A DNA stretch of 38,646 nucleotides from contig JBAXIL010000014.1 of the NCBI GenBank assembly GCA_037138355.1, positions 1 through 38,646 of the forward strand. Reading direction: 5' to 3'. The notes below the pieces were generated by a model. The model was not told where the DNA came from. It saw only the letters and a program-made list of their open reading frames with translations, and did not search any database. The position numbers and the translations under genes were made by a program. This stretch comes from a bacterium. GTDB lineage: Bacteria; Oederibacteriota; PGYV01; Palsa-1178. This document shows positions 8,544 to 17,031 of the stretch, piece by piece. The number at the start of each line of letters is the position of its first letter. Within the stretch, counting starts at the first letter, position 1.

Positions 8544-9390
8544 CTGAGGCCGCCTTTATTCCAGGATTTAAATTACAATTATGATTTAATGAATGTTTTT
8601 CTTCGTCTTTATACGCAGACAATCTGCTCGTGAGCTGTTCAAAATCTACTTTATGTCCATCAAAATCAGGACCATCGACACAAGAAAATTTTACTTCTCC
8701 TCCTACAGTTACCCTACAACCACCACACATTCCTGTCGCATCAACCATCATGGCATTTAAACTCACAATTGTTTTCAAACTATATTTTTTTGTTAAATCA
8801 GAAACAGCTTTCATCATAACTACAGGACCTACTGCTACCACTAAGTCAATCTTATCACCCTTATCTATCATTTGCTGAAGTACATCTGTCACAAAACCTT
8901 TTTGACCATGTGAGCCGTCATTAGTAGCTATTTTCAATTCATCTGAAACTGCTCTCATTTCATCCTCGAGAACCACCATATCTTTTGTCCTATAACCAAT
9001 TATAGATGTGACTTTATTTCCGTCTTGTCTTAACTGCCTGGCGATTGGGTATATAGCAGGTACACCAACACCGCCACCAACTACCACTGTATTGCCATAT
9101 TTTTCAGAGTGAAAATGATGTCCAAAAGGTCCTGCGACAGCAAAGACATCATCCCCTACATTTAGCTTTCCAAGTTTTATTGTAGATAATCCAATTTCCT
9201 GAAATACCATATATAGAATTCCTTTTTCTTTATTCCAATCATAAATAGTTAGAGGAATTCTCTCGCCTTTTTCGTCGGGAATTACAATTATGAAATTACC
9301 TGCTTTTGCGTTAAATGTGACATGCGGAGCTACTACACCTAATAGTTTTATATCTTTTGAAAGGACTTTCTTTTCTACGATTTTATACAC
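8530..9390 (-). CDS. nfnA: NfnA/SudB-like FAD/NAD-binding [2Fe-2S] subunit
   Basis: GERIPLTI, VGGGVG, MVDATGMCGGCRV...SCVDGPDFDG (Asp + 3 Cys cluster motif). GTG start after GGAGG. Confidence 0.88.
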   Translation of the reverse strand: MYKIVEKKVLSKDIKLLGVVAPHVTFNAKAGNFIIVIPDEKGERIPLTIYDWNKEKGILYMVFQEIGLSTIKLGKLNVGDDVFAVAGPFGHHFHSEKYGNTVVVGGGVGVPAIYPIARQLRQDGNKVTSIIGYRTKDMVVLEDEMRAVSDELKIATNDGSHGQKGFVTDVLQQMIDKGDKIDLVVAVGPVVMMKAVSDLTKKYSLKTIVSLNAMMVDATGMCGGCRVTVGGEVKFSCVDGPDFDGHKVDFEQLTSRLSAYKDEEKHSLNHNCNLNPGIKAASDGRK

Positions 9391-9416
9391 TTTTCCCTCC
9401 TACATTTTTGTGATAT

Positions 9417-9448
9417 AAAAACGACTTACGACATCGGTGGCGTAAGCC
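9417..9448 (-). terminator. Intrinsic terminator/attenuator between gltD and nfnA, carrying an ANTAR-like ACCGAT hexaloop
   Basis: Minus strand GGCTTACGCC-ACCGAT-GTCGTAAGTC followed by GTTTTTAT. Confidence 0.75.
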
Positions 9449-9453
9449 CAACC

Positions 9454-10887
9454 CTACTTGCTTTTTGAAGCCAAATACTCAGTTATTCCGTCTGCAACTT
9501 TTCTACCCTCTGCAATTGCCCAAACTATTAATGAGGGACCTCTGGATACATCACCTGCAGCAAAAACACCTTTAACAGTTGTCTCAAGAGATTTTGCATC
9601 TCTAATAATATTTCCGCGCTCATCAAGCTTTACTGCTAATTTTTCAAGCAAACCTTCTTTTACAGGATTAGTAAAACCCATAGAAAAAATTACAAGATCA
9701 ACATCAATATCAAAAGCTGAACCTTCAACTTCTTTCATTGAAGGCCTGCTGCTTGATTCTGTTTTTACCCATTCAACTTTTGCGCATTTTACTTTTTTTA
9801 TAATTCCATTTTCACCAGCAAACTCTTTTGTTGTAACATTCCATTTTCTATCAGAACCCTCTTCATGACTTGAAGTGGTTTTAAAAACAAATGGATATTT
9901 TGGCCACGGCTGATCAATAGGCCTATCCCTTGATGGTTCAGGTAATATTTCTATCTGCATAACACATTTAGCGCCTTGCCTATTAGCCGTTCCGACACAA
10001 TCTGCCCCTGTATCACCGCCACCAATAACCAATACACTTTTACCTTTTGCATCAATAATTTCAGCTTCTATTTTATCTCCAGCTACTTTACGGTTGGATT
10101 GTGTGAGATAATCAACAGCTTGATAAATTCCCTTTAACTGCCTTCCCGGTATATTCATATCTCTTGGTACCCGACATCCAACAGCGACACAAACTGCATC
10201 ATATTCCTTTATTAATTCCTCAGTCGCGAAATTTATACCTACATTAATACAAGTTTTAAAACGAATTCCTTCTTCTTGCCAAACAGACAACCTTCGATCA
10301 AGAATAGATTTTTCAAGTTTGAAATCAGGTATGCCATATCTCATAAAACCACCGAGACGATCTTCTTTTTCAAAGACTGTAACAGTATGTCCAGCCATAT
10401 TCAAAAACGCAGCTGTTGAAAGACCTGCAGGGCCAGAACCAATAACCGCCACTTTTTTTCCAGTGCGAAGTATTCCTCTTTCTGGTTTTACATACCCTTC
10501 TTTAAAAGCCTTTTCTATTATTGCCAACTCGTTTTCTCTTATGGTCACGGGATAATCGTTTATCCCCAAAACACATGCCGATTCACATGGAGCAGGACAT
10601 ACGCGACCAGTAACTTCCGGAAGGACATTAGTAGCAGATAACAAAATGTATGCCCCTTCCCACCTATCACGATATGCATGATCATTCCACTCTGGCACAT
10701 AGTTACCAAGCGGACATGCCCAGTTACAAAAGTCAGTACCACAATCCATACATCTTGATGCTTGTTCTTTTGCCTTTTCATCCGTTCTCGGAACTGCCAC
10801 TGGCTTAAAATCTTTTACTCTATCGCAAACAGGCCTGTATGACATAGTTTCTCTCTTTACTTTTAAAAAACCAGTTGGATTTCCCAC
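9454..10887 (-). CDS. gltD: Glutamate synthase small (beta) subunit
   Basis: (M)GNPTGF start, RCMDCG...CPLGN, TGRVCPAPCE, GSGPAG, YGIPDFKLEK, IGGGDTGADC, SLIVWAIAEGR. Start set at GTG 10887, just after the gltB stop and GGAGG. Confidence 0.95.
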   Translation of the reverse strand: MGNPTGFLKVKRETMSYRPVCDRVKDFKPVAVPRTDEKAKEQASRCMDCGTDFCNWACPLGNYVPEWNDHAYRDRWEGAYILLSATNVLPEVTGRVCPAPCESACVLGINDYPVTIRENELAIIEKAFKEGYVKPERGILRTGKKVAVIGSGPAGLSTAAFLNMAGHTVTVFEKEDRLGGFMRYGIPDFKLEKSILDRRLSVWQEEGIRFKTCINVGINFATEELIKEYDAVCVAVGCRVPRDMNIPGRQLKGIYQAVDYLTQSNRKVAGDKIEAEIIDAKGKSVLVIGGGDTGADCVGTANRQGAKCVMQIEILPEPSRDRPIDQPWPKYPFVFKTTSSHEEGSDRKWNVTTKEFAGENGIIKKVKCAKVEWVKTESSSRPSMKEVEGSAFDIDVDLVIFSMGFTNPVKEGLLEKLAVKLDERGNIIRDAKSLETTVKGVFAAGDVSRGPSLIVWAIAEGRKVADGITEYLASKSK

Positions 10888-10888
10888 T

Positions 10889-13800
10889 TTAGGCCTCCGT
10901 CGTTTCAAGGGACTGCTGTTTTTTCGCAAGGTCCATTATTTGTTTATATTCAATTGGAATTACTTTAACAAAGTTTTTAATACTATAATCAAAATTTTCC
11001 AACAACTCTGAAGCTTTCCCGCTGGAAGTATATTTTATGTGATTTTCAAGCATTGTCTTTACAGTTCTAATATCATCTGCGTCTAATCCTGATAACTCCA
11101 CCATATCTTTATTACATTTGTCAGGAAATACTCTTGCTTCATCATACACATAAGCAATTCCGCCAGACATACCCGCTGCAAAGTTTCTTCCTGTCTGTCC
11201 TAACACCACTACTCTTCCACCTGTCATATATTCGCAACCATGGTCACCTAAACCTTCTACCACAGCATAAAGTCCAGAGTTTCTTATACAAAATCTTTCT
11301 CCAGCCATTCCACGAATATAGGCCTCGCCTGATATAGCTCCGTAAAAAGCCGTATTACCTATAATTACATTTTCTGTTGAATTATACATTGCTTTTTTAA
11401 ATGGATATATTGAAATACGGCCACCAGAAATTCCTTTTCCCACATAATCATTTGCAAGACCTTCAAGCTCAAAATTAATTCCTTTAGCAAGAAATGCACC
11501 AAAACTTTGTCCTGCAGTACCTTTAAACTTACAGTGTATTGTATTTTCAGGTAAATATTGTTCTCCGTATTTTTTGCATACCTCTCCTGATAACATAGCA
11601 CCACATGAACGATCTGTATTCTTAATAACTTTTTCTATTTTAACCACTATTTTATTATCTAATGCTGGTTTACTTTCCAATATCAGTTCCCGATCAAGAA
11701 CTTTATCTATTTCATGATCCTGCTTTGTTACACAGTATGTTGCTGTATCTGCCTTTACCTCTGGTTTATACAGAATCTTTGAGAAATCTATTCTCTTTGC
11801 CTTCCATGGAATTATTTCTTTATCTACCTCAAGCAAATCAACTCTACCGACCAAATCATTAACAGTTTTAATTCCAAGTTCAGCCATTATTTCTCTTAAA
11901 TCCTGTGCAATAAATTTCATAAAGTTTACTACATATTCTGGTTTGCCAGCAAAACGCTTTTGTAAAAGCTCGTCTTGCGTAGCAACACCTAAAGAACAAT
12001 TATTTAAATGACAATGTCTAAGCATTACACAACCTAAAGTAATAAGTACGATAGTTCCAAAACCAAACTCTTCCGCTCCTAAACATGCTGCCACAGCCAA
12101 ATCGCGGCCAGTTCTCATTTGTCCATCTGTTTGTAAACGAACTCTTCCCCGCAAATTATTCATGACAAGAGTTTGATGTGTTTCTGAAATGCCTAATTCC
12201 CACGGCAAACCTGCATGCATAATAGAGGTTTTAGGAGAAGCACCTGTTCCACCATCTCCACCTGATATCAGTATCATATCTGCATGAGCTTTGGCAACAC
12301 CTGCCGCAACTGTGCCTACTCCAGCTTCCGACACAAGTTTTACACTTATTCTGGCTCTTGGATTAGCATTCTTCAAATCAAAGATAAGCTGTTTTAAATC
12401 TTCAATAGAATAAATATCATGATGTGGTGGCGGTGATATCAAAGTAACTCCAGGGGTTGTATATCTCGTTCTGGCAATTATTTCGCTTACTTTATGACCA
12501 GGCAATTGTCCACCTTCTCCTGGTTTTGCACCTTGAGAAATTTTTATTTGTATTTCATCAGCATTAGTTAAATAATTTATATTTACACCAAACCTACCAG
12601 AAGCAACCTGCTTTATAGCACTGCGCGCAAGATCACCATTTGGATAAGGAGTAAATCTTATTGGATCCTCTCCGCCTTCTCCAGTATTTGATTTTCCACC
12701 AAGTCTATTCATGGCTATTGCCATTGCCTCATGAGCAGCGCCACTGATAGAACCAAAACTCATTGCTCCTACCACAAATCTTTTTACAATTGAATCAACA
12801 GACTCAACTTCAGATAACAAAACAGCTTTCTGTTTTTTAAACTTAAGCAAGCTTCTTAATGTCACAGGTTGATTTGCCTGATTATTTATAATTGCAGCAA
12901 ACTCCTTAAATCTTTTTTCGTCATTATTCCTTACGGCGTCCTGTATCGCAGCAATAGATTCAGGATTCCATAGATGTGTTTCCCCGTCTTTTTTCCACTG
13001 ATATAATCCACCAGTAGGCAATATCTTTTCTGCGGCACCTGTTTTACAGAATGATTCCGTATGAGTCATTATTACTTCTTTTGCTATTTCTTCAAAACCC
13101 ACTCCACCTATGCGTGAGACAGCACCAGTAAAACATCTGTCTATCACTTCATCGTGAATACCAAAGGCCTCAAAAATCTGCGCGCCTCTGTAGCTTTGTA
13201 ATGTGGATATACCCATTTTTGCCATAACTTTGCGTATTCCCTTATGGCAAGTTTTCCTGTAATTATAAACAGCCTTTTCATAACCGCAGTCTATTTCACC
13301 TTTATCTGTCATATATCTTATTGCTTCATACACCAAATAAGGATTGATAATATCAACTCCAAAACCGAGCAGAACACAAAAATGATGAACTTCTCTTGGT
13401 TCTCCTGATTCAAGTATTAATCCTACGCTTGTCCTTAAAGACTTTCTAACAAGCTCTTGATGAACAGCTCCTGAAGCCAAAAGTGAAGGTATCGCAGTAT
13501 ATTCATCACTAACGCCTTTATCACTTAAAATTATATATGAATAACCTTCTTTTATTGCCTTCACTGATTCTTCACATACCCTATCTAAAGCACTAACAAA
13601 ATCACCTGTATCTCCAGGCATAAGTAATAAAGAAATAGTTTTAGTTCTAAATCCATTTACTGCTATATGTTTTATTTTCTCAAGTTCTTCATTTGTAACA
13701 ATAGGCTCTCTCACCTGTAGCTTATGTGTATGCTGAGCTGTTTCTTCAAAAAGATTTTTCTGCGGACCTATAAAGCTCCGCAAGCTCATTACTATTTCCT

Positions 13801-15427
13801 CTCTTTCAGAATCGATAGGCGGATTTGTAACCTGAGCAAAGAGCTGCTTGAAATATGTAAAAAGTAATTTTGGTCTTATTGAAAGCACTGCGTGAGGCGT
13901 ATCATTACCCATAGAACCAAGCGGATCCTTAGCTTCTCCTGCCATAGGTTTCAAAATATCTTTAAGGTCTTCTCTTGTGTATCCAAAAACTTTAAGCTGA
14001 TCCATGAGTCCTTCGGGATTGGAAGGTTTCATATCAGGAACCGGAAGATCTTCTATGTATATTAGCTGTTCTTTTCTCCATTGCCTATATGGCGCGCGCC
14101 TTGATAAATCTTCTTTGACTTCCGAATCATTTATTATTCTGTTTTTTGCAGTGTCTATATAAAATATTTTGCCAGGCTCTAATCTTCCCGACTTATTTAT
14201 ATTGGAAGGAGGTATGTCAAGAACTCCAACCTCTGATGACATGACCACATAACCATCATTTGTTATTATATATCTTGCTGGTCTGAGTCCATTTCTATCA
14301 AGTACTGCCCCTATTCTTATCCCATCCGTAAAAGCAAGTGCCGCAGGACCGTCCCAAGGTTCCATGAAGCAAGCATGATACTTATAAAAACTTCTTATAG
14401 AATTAGGTAAAAGATCATTATGTTCCCAAGCTTCTGGGACTAACATCATCATAGCGTGCGGCATACTTCTTCCTGCTTTAGTTAGCATTTCAAAAGCATT
14501 ATCTATGGAAGCCGAATCACTTTGTTTTTCATCGCGAATAGCGGGTTTCATGTGTTTAGTATCAGTACCAAAAAGAGCACTATTGAAAAGTCCTTCTCTC
14601 GCTTTCATCCAGTTTAAGTTTCCTCTTAAAGTATTAATCTCGCCATTGTGAGCCAAATAACGGAATGGCTGAGCTAAATCCCATGTAGGAAAAGTGTTTG
14701 TAGAATAACGGGAATGAACAAGGCAAATTGCGCTTTTAATATCTTCGTCTTTTAAATCTGTAAAGAAATTAGCTATCTCTGCTGGCATCATAAGACCTTT
14801 ATATATGATAACTCTGCTTGATAAATTAGTAACATAAAATTGTGCTTTTTGTTTTAGATTAGAATCTCTTACAACATTTTCAACTTTTTTTCTTATTATA
14901 TAAAGCGCGCGTTCAAAAGCTTCTCTATCATTTATATTCTCTGCTTTCTTTATAAAAAGGTGTTCAAACCTTGGCTCGCTTGCCCTTGCTACAGGACCTA
15001 TTACATTATTATCAACTGGCACTTCTCTCCAACCCAAAAGAGTTTGTCCTTGTTCATCAATCGCTTTTTTTATTTCATTTTTTACTACCTTGCATTCATT
15101 TTCATCTTGTGGTAAAAAAACTAAACCTATACCATATTCACCTTCATCAGGAAGGTTTATGCCAATATTTTTTGATACCTTTATAAAAAAATCATGTGGA
15201 ATTTGTATAAGAATCCCCGCTCCATCACCGGTTTTTGAATCAGCACCAGTTGCCCCACGATGAGTCATGCGCTCAAGTATCTGCATGCCATCAAGAACGA
15301 GCTTATTTGTCTTATCGCCTTTTATGTTTGCGATAAAACCTACACCACAGGAATCTTTTTCAAATGAAGGATCATATAACCCTTTTTTCATTGGCATATA
15401 ACCTTCCATAGAGCTTACAGTTTCCAT
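10889..15427 (-). CDS. gltB: Glutamate synthase large (alpha) subunit
   Basis: EKDSCGVGF (catalytic Cys), HSRYSTNTFP, EPWDGPA, KQLFAQVTNPPID, IKQVASGRFGV, QGAKPGEGGQLPG, [3Fe-4S] motif CVMLRHCHLNNC, C-terminal GXGXG repeats. Confidence 0.98.
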   Translation of the reverse strand: METVSSMEGYMPMKKGLYDPSFEKDSCGVGFIANIKGDKTNKLVLDGMQILERMTHRGATGADSKTGDGAGILIQIPHDFFIKVSKNIGINLPDEGEYGIGLVFLPQDENECKVVKNEIKKAIDEQGQTLLGWREVPVDNNVIGPVARASEPRFEHLFIKKAENINDREAFERALYIIRKKVENVVRDSNLKQKAQFYVTNLSSRVIIYKGLMMPAEIANFFTDLKDEDIKSAICLVHSRYSTNTFPTWDLAQPFRYLAHNGEINTLRGNLNWMKAREGLFNSALFGTDTKHMKPAIRDEKQSDSASIDNAFEMLTKAGRSMPHAMMMLVPEAWEHNDLLPNSIRSFYKYHACFMEPWDGPAALAFTDGIRIGAVLDRNGLRPARYIITNDGYVVMSSEVGVLDIPPSNINKSGRLEPGKIFYIDTAKNRIINDSEVKEDLSRRAPYRQWRKEQLIYIEDLPVPDMKPSNPEGLMDQLKVFGYTREDLKDILKPMAGEAKDPLGSMGNDTPHAVLSIRPKLLFTYFKQLFAQVTNPPIDSEREEIVMSLRSFIGPQKNLFEETAQHTHKLQVREPIVTNEELEKIKHIAVNGFRTKTISLLLMPGDTGDFVSALDRVCEESVKAIKEGYSYIILSDKGVSDEYTAIPSLLASGAVHQELVRKSLRTSVGLILESGEPREVHHFCVLLGFGVDIINPYLVYEAIRYMTDKGEIDCGYEKAVYNYRKTCHKGIRKVMAKMGISTLQSYRGAQIFEAFGIHDEVIDRCFTGAVSRIGGVGFEEIAKEVIMTHTESFCKTGAAEKILPTGGLYQWKKDGETHLWNPESIAAIQDAVRNNDEKRFKEFAAIINNQANQPVTLRSLLKFKKQKAVLLSEVESVDSIVKRFVVGAMSFGSISGAAHEAMAIAMNRLGGKSNTGEGGEDPIRFTPYPNGDLARSAIKQVASGRFGVNINYLTNADEIQIKISQGAKPGEGGQLPGHKVSEIIARTRYTTPGVTLISPPPHHDIYSIEDLKQLIFDLKNANPRARISVKLVSEAGVGTVAAGVAKAHADMILISGGDGGTGASPKTSIMHAGLPWELGISETHQTLVMNNLRGRVRLQTDGQMRTGRDLAVAACLGAEEFGFGTIVLITLGCVMLRHCHLNNCSLGVATQDELLQKRFAGKPEYVVNFMKFIAQDLREIMAELGIKTVNDLVGRVDLLEVDKEIIPWKAKRIDFSKILYKPEVKADTATYCVTKQDHEIDKVLDRELILESKPALDNKIVVKIEKVIKNTDRSCGAMLSGEVCKKYGEQYLPENTIHCKFKGTAGQSFGAFLAKGINFELEGLANDYVGKGISGGRISIYPFKKAMYNSTENVIIGNTAFYGAISGEAYIRGMAGERFCIRNSGLYAVVEGLGDHGCEYMTGGRVVVLGQTGRNFAAGMSGGIAYVYDEARVFPDKCNKDMVELSGLDADDIRTVKTMLENHIKYTSSGKASELLENFDYSIKNFVKVIPIEYKQIMDLAKKQQSLETTEA

Positions 15428-15518
15428 ACAAAACTCCTTTTATATTATTAATTTTCAAATTAAGTTTTAAGCTTTATAAATTTTTAGCCAAATAACAATC
15501 TATCTATAGGCATACTTA

Positions 15519-15592
15519 TAGCAACTATACAACCTTGAGATTTGTCGCATCGTAGCGACATATTAGGCAGGCATCGACGCCAACTGTTGCTA
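15519..15592 (-). promoter_or_regulatory. gltB leader: ANTAR-type dual-hairpin RNA with basal helix
   Basis: Minus strand: GGC-GTCGAT-GCC, 9-nt linker, TGTCGC-TACGAT-GCGACA, enclosed by TAGCAAC/GTTGCTA, immediately after the promoter. Confidence 0.75.
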
Positions 15593-15596
15593 AATA

Positions 15597-15625
15597 ACTA
15601 TACAAAATATGTGATTAAAAGTCAA
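15597..15625 (-). promoter_or_regulatory. Sigma70-type promoter of the gltB operon
   Basis: TTGACT-17 nt-TATAGT on the minus strand. Confidence 0.75.
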
Positions 15626-15670
15626 ACAGAAAACTAAAAGTACGATTATAAGATATGCTATATTTAATTG

Positions 15671-16162
15671 CTATTTTTGTTCTGTTGGCTTGTTTATTTT
15701 ACCTGAAAGTTTCGCCTTTAATATTGTATGCATTTCACCTTCATTTTTTACAATATTATCCAGAACACCGTTGATAAAACTACCTGATTTTTCGTCCCCA
15801 AACCTTTTAGCAAGTTCGATGGCTTCGTTTATCGTAACTTTATATGGTATGTCTTCACGGAAAACCAACTCCGCTACTCCAATGCGCAGTATATTTCTAT
15901 CTATAGATAAAATCCTGTCGTATTTCCAGTTTTTCAGATATTTTGGAATTATCTCATCTATTTCCTTCATATGTTCCATAACATCTTTTATTAAGTCTTT
16001 GGAAAACTCTTTCGATTTATCTAAAAACTTTTCCTCTTGTCCTAAATTCTGTGTTGAGTAAGTATCAATGAACTCGTTTATCTCATCCATTGGCTTTTCT
16101 GCAATCTCAATCTGATACAAACTCTGAAGAGCAATAATTCTTCCAGCACGCCTTATTCCCAT
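15671..16162 (-). CDS. nusB: Transcription antitermination factor NusB
   Basis: [34 protein letters not shown]...FINGVLD. Follows ribH. Confidence 0.95.
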   Translation of the reverse strand: MGIRRAGRIIALQSLYQIEIAEKPMDEINEFIDTYSTQNLGQEEKFLDKSKEFSKDLIKDVMEHMKEIDEIIPKYLKNWKYDRILSIDRNILRIGVAELVFREDIPYKVTINEAIELAKRFGDEKSGSFINGVLDNIVKNEGEMHTILKAKLSGKINKPTEQK

Positions 16163-16226
16163 GTTATCCTTTCAAGAAAACAATTATAATTTAAATTTTT
16201 TGAAATACTACAATATACAAATTTTA

Positions 16227-16691
16227 TTACTTAATTTGATCTATCAGATCTGTCATTTCAAGCGTTGACAAAGCCGAATCCCAACCTTTGTTTCCTGCTT
16301 TTACCCCTGCTCTGTCTTTTGCCTGTTCTGCTGTGTCTGCAGTTATAATACCAAATCCTATAGGCACGCCTGTTGCCATGCTCTGTGAAGCGATTCCTTT
16401 AGTCACTTCTGAGGCAATAAAATCAAAATGCGGTGTCTCACCACGAATAATAACACCAAGTGCTATCATACCTGTATATTTCTTCTTTTTAAGTATGTTT
16501 GACAAAGCAGTAGGTATTTCAAAAGAACCTGGTACCCAATAAACATCTATATTTGATTCTACAACCTGATGTCTAAGCAAGCAATCTATCGCTCCAGCAA
16601 GCAGGTTTTTTCCTATTGCTTCATTGAATCTTGAAATTACTATACCAAACTTCTTACCCTTGCCTATCAATTGTCCTTTAATTTCCTTCAT
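16227..16691 (-). CDS. ribH: 6,7-dimethyl-8-ribityllumazine synthase
   Basis: SRFN, VPGSFEIP, GVIIRGETPHFD, RAGVKAGNKG. Confidence 0.97.
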   Translation of the reverse strand: MKEIKGQLIGKGKKFGIVISRFNEAIGKNLLAGAIDCLLRHQVVESNIDVYWVPGSFEIPTALSNILKKKKYTGMIALGVIIRGETPHFDFIASEVTKGIASQSMATGVPIGFGIITADTAEQAKDRAGVKAGNKGWDSALSTLEMTDLIDQIK

Positions 16692-16719
16692 AATATACCT
16701 CCTATTTTGTAATATTTAC

Positions 16720-16748
16720 ATAATATCAGTGAATTTATATCATGTCAA
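16720..16748 (-). promoter_or_regulatory. Sigma70-type promoter of ribH-nusB
   Basis: TTGACA-17 nt-TATTAT with extended TGn. Confidence 0.7.
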
Positions 16749-16761
16749 TAACAAAGGCCTC

Positions 16762-17022
16762 TTATTTATAAACCAACTTTTGTATAATAACAATGATATT
16801 GCATATTATTGAGAATAAATTAGCCAAAATCATTGGCATATTATTCAAATATAGGCCATAAATAAACCATAAAGTCATACCAACACCCAGCAATAATGGC
16901 TGCCATAGTGCCACATCTTTCATATGTTTAGTTTTAAAACCTTTTATTACCTGCGGAATAAAACCAAAAGATGTGATTGTTCCTGCAGCATAACCTAACA
17001 AAGTCAATTCCATAGTAGTCAT
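16762..17022 (-). CDS. SemiSWEET / PQ-loop family small transporter
   Basis: 86 aa, three hydrophobic helices, FIPQV, WFIYG, PMILAN. Confidence 0.88.
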   Translation of the reverse strand: MTTMELTLLGYAAGTITSFGFIPQVIKGFKTKHMKDVALWQPLLLGVGMTLWFIYGLYLNNMPMILANLFSIICNIIVIIQKLVYK

Positions 17023-17031
17023 AATAGCTCC

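Noticed and set aside
9421..9457. REP-like GTAG-led palindrome after gltD
   Set aside because: The GTAG includes the gltD stop codon, there is no second copy and no RAYT transposase in the window. A terminator explains it better.
10888..10929. 42-bp N-terminal extension of gltD overlapping gltB
   Set aside because: GTG at 10887 has a good RBS and gives the conserved MGNPTGF start.
16692..16761. FMN riboswitch upstream of ribH
   Set aside because: The spacer is only 70 bp, AT-rich and occupied by a promoter.
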